The translations under genes and the position numbers were made by a program. A stretch of 64,000 nucleotides of DNA from Azolla caroliniana (lineage: Eukaryota > Plantae > Polypodiophyta), in the NCBI GenBank assembly GCA_043228905.1, contig JBHGNT010000011.1:3596001-3660000 (forward strand), in the 5' to 3' direction. The notes under the pieces are model-generated. The model had not been told where the DNA came from and searched no databases. It worked only from the letters and a program-made list of their open reading frames with translations. This document shows, in pieces, positions 1 through 10,575 of this stretch; the stretch's first letter is position 1; each line of letters begins with the position of its first letter.

Positions 1-1559
1 AGATGAGGGACCTGTTGGTGGTTAAAGATCTTTGGTTGCCGGTTCAGTTCGGGACAAGAGACCGGATAAGATCGACGCCACAGTGTGGGAGGTGATGCAC
101 ATGAAGACAAAGGTGTACATTCGGTGCTTCATTGACATGAGCCTGTACAACAACTTCAATGAAGAGAGCAAGGCTCATGAACTCCGGGAGAAGATTAGGA
201 TAATGTTCTAGAACAAGAATGATGTGAATCGGGTTTCGGTATTCCGGAAGCTAGTAAGGCTCCGGTACCAAGACGACTCCAGTATGGCGGAACACATGAA
301 TGCCTTCCAGGGACTGATACACCACACAACCTCGTTGGAAGTACCTCTCGCTGATGAGGTACTCACATTGCTTCTACTCGGTTCTCTCCCAGATAGCAGG
401 GAGACGTTAGTTTTCACATTGGGCAACGCCGGGCCGGAAGGAAAGCAGTTGTCCCTAGCAAGGGTAAAATCAAGCTTGCTAGATGAAGAAGCTCATCGGA
501 AGGACCGGGAGTCCGGAACCAATCTGAAGGCCTTGGTCACCAAAAATGACCACAACCGGGGAAGAGGCCGGTATTGGAGTCCCCAAAACTGGGACAAGTC
601 GGGGACGAGGTCGAAGTCAAGGGGGAGCCCTACGTGCTTCTACTATGGAAAATCGGGGCACTTCCATGAGAACTATCGGCATTTCCGGAAAGAGAAAGGA
701 ACCGACAATGTCGATTCGAAGATGGGTTCAGACCGGAAAGGGTCGGATTGGAAGGGAATGGCGGCGATCGCGACAAGTGAAGAAGAACTGATGCTCATCA
801 CCGAGGAGAATGAGTTAAACCTTGTCGGCGACGAGACAATGTGGGTTGTTGATTCCAGAGTGTCATTCCACCTGACACCGGATTAGAAATGCTTCTCATC
901 CTAGAAATGCTTCTCATCCTACACAGCCGGTGATCATGGTTGTGTCCGGATGGGGAATGAAGGTACATGCCGAATTGTCGGCATAGGAGATGTGCCGTTG
1001 ACGACATCAACCGAATGCAAGTTGCTGCTAAAGGATGTCCGACACGTTCCGTAGGTTCAACTAAACTTGATATCAGTTGGTTAGCTAGATGATGAAGGCT
1101 ACACGGGTAACATCCGGAACAGAGTTATGAAGTTCTGCAAAGGGAGCCTAATAGTGGCTTGAGCCTGGAAGGTCAACACACTGTACTTGATGAATGCCCA
1201 GATATGCCGGGAAGAAGTGAACGTAGCATCTGACATTACCGGTGAGCTGCGGTACAAGAGACTGTGTCATATGAGCCAGAAGGGGATGAAGAGACTTGCT
1301 GAAGACAATCTCATTCCGGTGAAGGATGTGCAACTTGAGAAGTGCACTGACCGTCTTGCCGGCAAGCAAAACCGAACCTCCTTCCGGTCAAGACTGACGA
1401 TGAGATGGAATGCACCACTGGAGCTGGTGCATACCGATGTGTGTCAAGTAGACACGAAGTCACATGCCGGATTGCAGTACTTCGTGACATTCATAGATGA
1501 CCACAGCCGGAAGCTGTGGGTATCGCCGTTGAAGATGAAGGATAAGGTGCTATCTGTCT
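1..1559 (+). pseudogene. copia A gag-protease-5' integrase fragment
   Basis: ORF pieces 224-886 and 1187-1573 with premature stops; 18-bp tandem duplication tagaaatgcttctcatcc at about 884-919. Confidence 0.9.
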
Positions 1560-2001
1560 TGTTAAGTAATTAGGTAATTAACTAGGGTTAATTAGAGACT
1601 AATTATATGGTTACGTTACGCAGCGGAAGATTAGTATGATATGTGCGTGAGAGTGTGTGAGAGGAAGAGAGAGAGAGAGGAAGTTACACTTATGAACACG
1701 AAGATAAATGGGGGATGATTGACTATATTGAAAAGTGTCATCAATGTTAAAAAATACCCACAATGAGGTATATATACAACCCATGTGCAAAGGTGCACAT
1801 GTGTGGGTAGAACATAGGTACTTATGTGTAAGTCCTACATTAAATGTACTAAGGAGTGGAGGATCTAGAATATCCCACTTAAGTACAAGGTCCTATTTTA
1901 AAGGCTTAAGGTCAACACATTAACTAGATTCGATCTAGGTAACTAGTAAGTTACATGTGTTGACTAACTAGATTAAACTAGTTGAGCTTGATATCTCAAC
2001 A
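1560..2001 (-). mobile_element. solo LTR (442 bp) inserted into copia A integrase
   Basis: TG..CA termini; TSD TGTCT (1555-1559) / CGTCT (2002-2006). Minus strand begins tgttgagatatcaagctcaac, like the solo LTR at 9192. The host reading frame resumes after it. Confidence 0.9.
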
Positions 2002-3338
2002 CGTCTTTAAGGAGCTCCATACGAGAGTGGAAAGAGAAATCGGATGGAAGTTGAAGGTTGTTCGAGTAGATAACGGAGCTGAATATCGGGGGTAGTTCGA
2101 GGAGTACTGCTAGTCGAAGGGAATCCGGCTCGAATTTACCATGCCGAAGACGCCGAAAATAAATGGGTTGGCTGAACGGATGAACCGGACCATAATGGAG
2201 AGAGTCCGAAGCATGCTGGCACATGCAAAGTTACCCAAGACGTTTTGGGTTGAGGCACTGATGACGACAACCTATGTGATAAACAGATCATCCTCAGTAC
2301 CCTTGGAAGGAGACTCACCGCAGAAAGTATGGACCGGTAAAGATGTATCTTACCGGCATCTGAAGGTGTTCGGGTGTCTCGCTTACATACATGTGGTGAA
2401 GGACAAGAGAGAAAAGCTGGATCCAAAGTCCCGACCATGCATATTCCTTGGATACGGTGATGATGAGCTCGGTTACTGGGTATGGGATCTAGTCGACAAG
2501 AAGGTGTTCCGGAGTCGGGACATAGTCTTCATGGAAGACAGAACCATTGTGGACTAGGAGTCGGAGAAAAAGGTGATGAACTCTGGATCATCCAATGAAA
2601 ACTGGCTTGAGGACACAAGGACTTACCCGTTGAAAACCGGATGTTAGCCGGTAACCGGATGACACTCGACGAACTGGCCGGATACGGACAAGACACCGAA
2701 CCAACCGAAGAAGAAGAAGAAGACACCGTAACTGAACAAGTTCCCGAATCGGACTCGGATGAGGAACAAACGAAGGAACCGGTAGTCAGAAACCAAGGAC
2801 GGAGATATCCTCTCCAAGAGAGAAGAGCCCCCCAGAGATTTCTGGATGCAGAGCATGTGTTGCTAACTGATGAGGGGGAGCTGGAAAGCTTTGAAGAAGC
2901 AAAGAGAGACACCCACAACCGCAAGTGGTTGAGTGCCATGTAGGACAAGATGGATTCCCTGCATGAGAACCACACGTACAAAGTGATGGAGTTGCCGAAA
3001 GGGAAGAGAGCACTTCGGAACAAGTGTGTGTACAAGCTGAAACTGGGAGACATCGGAAATCCACCAAGGTACAAAGCCCGGATCGTGGTGAAGGGTTTCC
3101 AACAGAAGAAAGGAGTGAACTTTGATGTCATCTTTGCCCCAGTAGTAAAGATGATATCCATCTGGACGGTATTGAGCATAGTGGCAAGCATGGACCTCGA
3201 GGTAGAGCAACTGGACGTTAAGACGACATTCCTACATGGTGACCTCGAAGAAGAGATCGACATGCATCAACCGGAAGGATTTGAGAAGAAAGGGAAGGAG
3301 CACCTGGTGTGCCGGTTAAAGAAGTGCTTATACGGATT
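2002..3338 (+). pseudogene. copia A integrase and 5' RT fragment
   Basis: ORFs 2141-2557, 2641-2943, 2950-3387 (GKRALRNKCVYK, ARIVVKGFQQ, LDVKTTFLHG). Confidence 0.9.
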
Positions 3339-3620
3339 TGTGAAAGTGTTTTTAGAATTCAAAGTATTGAACACTACAAGAATATAAGGTATGGAGCATT
3401 CACATCCGGAGGTCAAGAACAAAAACCAAGGTCTTGAGGATAACTCTATTCATTATCAATAGATCTTTGTGGTTTTGGATCTATATATCTTCCTTCTCTC
3501 TTCTTTCTATCATCTCTCAATCATTTTTGGCGCTCTAGGGAGGGTCGATCCTTTTCGTATAACGGGAGGAACGGTTGTCCACTCATTGATGGTTGGATCT
3601 ACCGATTCATCATCAAACTG

Positions 3621-4904
3621 ATGGCAAGATATGGAGTTCACGATGCAACAGATCTATGAAGAGAACTTTTCCAATTGCATATGGTTTCATCAATGTTCTA
3701 CCTCGAGTATGAGAAGATGTTTTTGGATATATGGTCCACTTGGATTCGACTTGTTGGAGGCGTTGAAGATGTATACTTCAAGATGCAAAGATTCAAAGTA
3801 GGGCTAGATCCATATTTTCAATATGAAGTGCACATGAAGTACCCAAGGTCTTTCCATGATTTGCTTCGAGTATGTCAAAGTTATGATCAACAATTGAAGA
3901 AGCTGTTGTTCGGTGAAGCATATGGAGTATCGACGTCATATACCATAAATCCAAGATATAATAATTGTGGATCGGTCATGAGCCAACAACCAGCATACTT
4001 GCAATGTCCGATTCAACAGGTTCCCTCATATCATTATTCTAATTTTTGGAGTTATAATGATGTCTATGAAGGTGATTCCAGAGACAAAGAAGAAGAGGTG
4101 ATGAATGTGGAGATCCCCCATATAGTTCATGAGGACAACCATGATATAAAGAATGATGATGTGAAAGACGAATCCAAGGAGATTGTTATGAGAAGCGATG
4201 CTATGGATGGAGATGCCAATGTACATCATGTTGAGGACATTATTGATACAACAAGCGATATGGTGGTTGATGATGAATATGTGCAAGATGAAATGGAAGA
4301 TATGACAGAAAAAGTTGTTGATGGTGAAGTACCCACAAGGGAGTTGCAAGATGAAGAAGGTAACCTGGAAGTGATAGCTGGAGATTGGCTTTTGGAGATC
4401 AATGCATGTAAGGAAGCATTGGTAAGTGCCAAGTTGCAATGTATGAAGGTGTTCGTGCAAGATTTGTGTTTTGGATTTGCATTGAGTAGCAACAAAGTTA
4501 TGTGGGCATCAACTCTTCAACAACAATTTGATCAAGAGCCAAGAGAATTACTTGTAATGCATGATTGGAGTATCATGAACTTATCACCATCAAAGGATCC
4601 ACCACAACTACTCAAATGTATAAAGGAGAAGGAATCATCTATTGACAATGGCAAGCAAGAAGAGGAAAGCATAACAATTGATGAATCTTCGTGGGATAGG
4701 GAAAACAAATCATTCCACATGGTGTCTAAGGAGGAAGAAGAAGTCATTGAAGAGAAAAGTATTATTACCCTAAAGGGGAAAAAGAAGATGATTTCAAACG
4801 ATGTCCAAGGAGAAGAGGATCTAGCGGCCGAGTCATCGGCGATTGGTCGGACAATGGCCGAAAACAACCTAGTGGTGGCCGAACATCGGCTAGACAATGA
4901 CTGA
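3621..4904 (+). pseudogene. gag-like ORF with long acidic C-terminal region
   Basis: 409-aa open stretch 3675-4904; in-frame ATG at 3621 separated by one TGA (3657). FKVGLDPYFQYEVHMKYPRSFHDLLRVCQSYDQQ resembles the retrotransposon capsid C-terminal motif; the rest is D/E-rich. Confidence 0.55.
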
Positions 4905-5195
4905 ATAACGGCCAAGTGATGGAAATTGGCCGGATAGTTGCCCACAGTGGCCGAGTGGCGGCCAAACAAAGGCCAAGTGAAGGCCGGGTAGTGGCCGAAC
5001 AATGGCCGAATTGCGGTAGCCAATGGTGGATAGCGGCCACGTGGCGGACGAACAACAGTCGACTGCGGCCGGACAATGCTTGAACAACGGCCGGATAGCC
5101 GACGATGGTCAGAGAGCGGCCGAGTGATGGCCGGATAGCGGCTGGACAAGCGATGGCTGAGACAAACAATGAGCCAACAATCAGCTAGATAGCGG
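4823..5195. repeat. degenerate GC-rich tandem array, about 11-bp period (GGCCG-RAYARY-like)
   Basis: ggccgggtagt-ggccgaacaat-ggccgaattgc etc., roughly 30 decayed units. Confidence 0.8.
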
Positions 5196-5661
5196 AGAAA
5201 GAAGGAGAAGAAGACAAAGCAAAAGGAAGAGAAGAAAGAACAAACAAAATAAGAAAATGAAATGAAAGTAGATGCAGAAAGAAACAGGATGATGAGAAGG
5301 ATGAAGAAAAGAGAAAGAAGAAAATTAGAAACGAAAAAGAGAGGAAGCAAGAACCCAAAGAAGACATAGAGACAGATATAGAAGATAAGAAGAAGAGCAT
5401 CTGGTGAAGCATACGAGGAAAGATCGAGATCGAGAAAAGAGAAAAGAAAGGGGCATACTGAGAAATTACAGAAAAGATGGGGGCATCACCAAAATTCAGA
5501 AATGTAAGGGTACAAATTTGAAGGGCATAGTGAGGGATTTCAAACGCCCGAGGACATGACATGAAATTTAAAAAATCAGAGGGTAGAAGAGAAAATTTCG
5601 AAAAAAGGAGGAAAAATCCGAGAATTTGGTAAACTCACGATAACTCACATAAAATAAAAGA

Positions 5662-5664
<3 letters not shown>

Positions 5665-5697
<33 letters not shown>
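5665..5697. repeat. (AC)n microsatellite
   Basis: Directly visible dinucleotide run. Confidence 0.95.
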
Positions 5698-5699
<2 letters not shown>

Positions 5700-7279
5700 A
5701 TCATTTCAATCCTAAAATGAGAGTACCACAGTTCTATGTTTGCCGATGTTCCGACCGAATGAGAGGTTCATGTCATTGAGTTTGTGTTTGTGTTACGCGT
5801 GTTCCGGTATATGGAGTTCCGACCATGCGAAAGAGAAGACCGAGGGAGTTCCGGTCGTAAGTTCTGGTCCAAAGACCGTTGTTCATGTTTATTATTGTGG
5901 CATGTGGGTTCTTCTGTGCAAGGCACTGTCCCATGGGCGTGCCATATGTGTTATCCGTGGGATTGAAAGTATAGTGTGTTGGTACATGGATAGATAAGTG
6001 AAGTCTTTGTATTAAAAGAGATGTGTAAGTGTATGTGCAAATGTGGACATGAGTGAGTGAGTATATTAATATGTAAAGTGGGTAGGTTGTTACAAGGTTA
6101 TGTAACTAACCTACAACCCTCATTGGATGTTCTTGGATTGTAACCCTCATGGAATGTACCTATATAACCCCACCATAGGGGACATGAAAGATAATACAAG
6201 TTTTCCTCTCAACATTGTTTTGTCTCTCTCTTTATCTCTTTCTCTCTCTCTCAAGCTCAACCCCCCCTTGGGAGGGGGGTGGAGCTCTTCTTGGTTCCAC
6301 CCCCCACCCAACAACACTCAAAAGGTTTATTCATATGTTGACATGCTTACTTCTCTCAAGAACTATGTATCGCATGACCCTACTCGTGTTTGGAGAGTTG
6401 ACAAAGACATAGTAATTGTGGTAACCTCTTTCTTTGTGTTGACAAGGAGCAAGATGGAGATGGCAATTGTCAATGTGTGTGGGTGTGTGTCTAGGAGTGT
6501 GAGGTTTTTCCTACCGACTAGTGGGGGTTTTACTCACATAATTTGTTTGATTTATTCTCTCCTTCTTTGTCTATAGCCATGAATAAGGCGAAGGAGAATT
6601 TTTGGTTTTATTAGTAGCTTAGGGTTCACCATAAATGGTTCACCAAGAAGCACGGGGGAAGGCTAAAGGTGAAAGTGTTTTTAGAATTCAAAGTATTGAA
6701 CATTACAAGAATATAAGGTATGGAGCATTCACATCCGGAGGTCAAGAACACGAACCAAGGTCTTGAGGATAAGTCAAACAAAAAGCAAGACACGTGGAGA
6801 AAAGTAAAAGAAGAAAAAAGCGAGCCACCAAAATACAGTTTAAAACGAACGCTCATAACTCCTTCTTTTAGAAGCCAAATATTACGTTCAAATATAGGTT
6901 GGAAAGCTTGTAAAGAGAGCTATCCGTAGCTTTTTAAATCTCTAAATTTGGAGCTCGGATGAGGGAAATATGATGATTGGAAGATCGTTGTGTCATAGCT
7001 AAGAATAGGAGATGGAAAAGCTCTAAAAAAAGCGTGGAAAAGAAAGCAAGGGAAACTTATCTAGTAGAGGAGAACTTCATATAAAGCAAGAAGAGTAAGG
7101 TGGTCGTGAGGAGTCTCTTTCTTGAGGTGATTTCTTTACAATTCATGTAGTGTTGTTCTTATCAATAGATACTTGTAGCTGTATCTTCTTTCTATCTTCC
7201 TTCTTTCATGATCAATAGATCTTTGTAGTTTTAGATTTATATATCTTCTTTATCTTTTCTTTCTATCATCATTCTTTCA

Positions 7280-8382
7280 GGATTAAAGCAAGCCCCTGGA
7301 AATGGTACTGGAAGTTCAACTCTTTCATGACCGACCAAGGGTACCACAAGACGTAGGCCGATCACTGTGTGTTTGTGAAGAAATTTGACGGAGGAGATTC
7401 CTTGATACTTCTCCTATATGTGGATGATATGCTGATCGTCGGACGAGAACAAGGCAAGATTCGGATGCTGAAGAAGGCTCTGAACCGGACTTTCTCAATG
7501 AAAGACTTGGGTCCGGCAAGACATATATTGGGAGTGCACATCATCCGGGACCGATCAAAGAAGCTGTTGTGGTTGTCATAAGAATGTGACAAGGGTGTTT
7601 CAACGATTCAACATGTCGGAGGCGAAACCGGTCGAATTGACATTTCCGACAAATTGCAAGCTATCCGAAAAGTAGAGCCCGAAGACAAAGGCAGAGAAGA
7701 CGGATATGATGAAAATACCATATGCCTCTGCCGTCGGAAGCTTGATGTACGTGATGGTATGTTCCAGGCTGGATATCGGATATGCTGCCGGAGTGGTGAG
7801 CCGGTTCATGAGCAATCCCGAAAGAGAGCATTGGAACGCGGTCAAGTGGATACTCTGGTATCTGAAAGGCACCTCAAGTATGTGACTCCGGTTGGGCTCC
7901 GATAATCCCCAACTTGACGGATTCACAGATTTGGATATGTTAGCTAATGTGGATACCAGTCGTTCTACATCCGGATATGTCATGACTTATACAGGGGGAG
8001 TTGTTTCGTGGCAGTCGAGGTTGCAGAAGACGGCTGCGTTGTCAACTACGGAGGCTGAGTACATGGCAGTTGTAGAAGTCGACAAGGAGATAATCTGGAT
8101 GAAGGAATTCATCGGAGAGCTAGGAATCCAATAGGAGGAATACCAGCTCTATTGCGATAGTCAAAGTGCCATCCACCTTGCAAAGAAGGCGACATACCAT
8201 TCCCGGACGAAACATATCCAGCGAAGGTACCACTGGATCCGGGAGAGAGTAGAAGATCAAGAGTTCGTGCTGACGAAGATCCACACGGAGGGTCGGGCAT
8301 GCTGACCAAGGTGCTGACAACCGACAAGCTAGACACGTGCAGAAAGCGGATCGGGCTGGCGAGACATCCCATGCCAGAGTGA
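7280..8382 (+). pseudogene. copia A 3' RT and RNase H fragment
   Basis: LLLYVDDML, MKDLGPA, LSTTEAEY motifs, disrupted by stops and frameshifts. Confidence 0.9.
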
Positions 8383-8392
8383 AGGGGGAGAT

Positions 8393-8994
8393 TGTTGGGA
8401 AATCGGTCCCTCCGGATGGGATCCGATTATGAATGACGAGGACCCGGTGAGAACCGGAAGAGATCTGGAAACCGGATCGGGTGGACTTGATGAGAACCGG
8501 AAGAGATTCGGAAACCGGATCGGATGGACCCGGTGAGAACCGGAAGAGAAGACATATTTGTAAATATGTTTTGAGTATAAATAGCCCTAAGTTCATATAT
8601 TTGTAAATAGCCCTAAGTTCATATAAGTATAAATATGACTTAGGGCAATCACTTAAGTGGTTGTTGTCATATTGTTGTATGTAACTGTTGTATAGAGTGA
8701 GTGACAGAGGGAGAGAGGGAGATACAGAGCGATACTCTGTTGTAACCGCCATTTGGCAAAGAAACAGAGCTCGAGGTCATTGCCTTTGAGTCTCTGATTG
8801 TACCCACTTTCTTCATAGTGTTGGTTCAGAGTTTGTGGGCTCCCGTGGTTTTTCCCTATTAGGGTTTTCCATGTAAACATCTTGTGTACTCTTTATCGTT
8901 ATGTGTGTACGTGCGTTCACTCTCTATTTCCCATTTCTGTGTTTTGATTCAAGACTCGGTTGTGGCCGAGCAATATTCTGCACTATTCTCATCA
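8393..8994 (+). repeat. 3' LTR of copia A (602 bp)
   Basis: Follows the PPT; TG..CA; U3 repeats gagaaccggaagaga; homologous in layout to the LTR of copia C (30648-31249). Confidence 0.88.
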
Positions 8995-9191
8995 TTTTGT
9001 CCCAGTCGGAGTCAAACCTGACTCAACTTTCCGGCAAAGGAAGGAACTGGCAAAAGAGTCCACCAAGGAGAGAAAAGTCCCATGCCAGATCCAAGTCCAG
9101 AGGTAAGCTAAAATGCTTTTATTGTGGAAAGCCTCAACACTTTTAGGACTATTGACACCTCAAGAAGGACAAGAGTGTCGACAATAATGTC

Positions 9192-9576
9192 TGTTGAGAA
9201 TCAAGCTCAACTTGGTCTAGTGTGTGAACTCACCTTGAGAGTGAATACACACTCCAACGTTCAAGAGTCACCATTAAGTCACCTCTTTGTATTCTAGCAT
9301 TTAGTATGAGTCATAGAATCATATTCTATGACACATAACTTATGAGCTTTCACATTCCCCATGCTCCATGAGCCTTGTAGTTAATGAAGAGAGAGGGTGA
9401 CTACATAAAGCACCCTCCTCTCACCTTGTATAATGTTGAGTCTTTCTCCTTTGTCAATATACTTTTACCTTGCGTATTCTCTGTGTTTCACTCACTCACT
9501 CTCTCTCTCTCTCTAACACACACACATAACTCACATCTCTTCCGCTTCACAAGAATCCATCTCTTGCTTCTTTACA
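9192..9576 (+). mobile_element. solo LTR (385 bp) in copia B gag
   Basis: TG..CA with perfect TSD ATGTC (9187-9191 / 9577-9581). Confidence 0.93.
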
Positions 9577-10575
9577 ATGTCAAACCCAGGAATATTCCCG
9601 ATGAAAAGGGCACATCGGCTATAGCCACCAGTGCAGAAGAGATCATGTTAATTTGTGAGCGGGTAAGCACAAATCTTGCAAGTGAACACTACACCTGGCT
9701 AATTGACTCGGGTGCACCATTCCACACAATTCCATCAAGAGAGTGTTTCTCAACTTACATAGTCGGGGATCATGGCTATGTAAAGATGGGAGATCATTGG
9801 CAGTGCAAGATAACCGGCATTGGAAGCGCGTGCCTGACGACGTCGATTGATTCTGAGGGAAGTTCGACATGTCCCCAATATGAGATTGAATCTGATATCC
9901 ACTGTGCAACTAGGTGAATGTGGCAGTTGACTCAAGTGGAGAGTTATGGTATAAGAGGCTAGGCCAGATGAGTGAAAAAGGAATGCACATCCTCGCCGAC
10001 CAGGAACTTCTCCCAAAAGTGAAAGGAATACACTTGGAGAAGTGTGTCGACTGCTTAACCAGAAAGTAGAACCAAGCGGCATTCCACACAAGACCACCAA
10101 GAAGAAGAGAAGTTGCACTGGAACTAGTACACATGGATGTCTACTATGTAGATGATCCATCGCATCGAGGTGGATAGTACTTCGTAACATTTATCGATAA
10201 CTATAGTCGGAAGACATGGGCCTTCGTATTGAAGTCAATGGACCAAGTATTGTCAATGTTCAAGGAGTTCCACACAAGAATTGAATGAGAGTCGGGTCGA
10301 AAGTTGAAGGTTGTCGGAACCAACAATGGTGGCGAATATAAAGGGAAGTTTGAGGAATATTGCAAGGCCTAGTGTATTCGAATCGAATACTTTGTACCAA
10401 AGACCCTTGAGTTGAACAAGCTTGAAGAGAGGATGAATCGAACAATCATGGAGAGAGTAAGGAGCATGCTTTCTCATGCTAAACTGCCAAAATCGTATTG
10501 GGCTAAGGTGATGTACATGACTATTTATCTGGTCAATAGTTCTCCCTAAGTACCATTGAAAAGTGATGTCCCAGA

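Larger units (their letters stand above)
3339..7279 (+). mobile_element. non-autonomous gag-only LTR element (TR-GAG/LARD-like)
   Basis: Perfect TSD GGATT (3334-3338 / 7280-7284). Direct repeats 3339-3523 and about 6668-7279 with TGAAAG..CTTTCA inverted tips; PBS-like tggcgctctagggaggg at 3528; purine tract before 6670; no pol motifs inside. Confidence 0.85.
1..8994 (+). mobile_element. Ty1/copia element A (Tnt1/Tork-like); 5' end lies outside the window; interrupted by two insertions; inserted into copia B
   Basis: Domain order gag (UBN2-like, degenerate zinc knuckle CFYYGKSGH) - protease (WVVDS) - integrase (LVHTDVC, NGLAERMNRT) - RT (LDVKTTFLHG, LLYVDDML) - RNase H. PPT gaagggggagat at 8381-8392, then the 3' LTR. 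Confidence 0.95.

Noticed and set aside
4532-5562. Hydrophobic F/S/L-rich minus-strand ORFs (env-like?)
   Set aside because: Antisense reading of the purine-rich GAA/AAG tract at 5190-5480.
3341-7279. TGAAAG..CTTTCA tips resemble gammaretroviral LTR ends
   Set aside because: A six-base similarity also seen in plant LTR elements; no env or retroviral pol.
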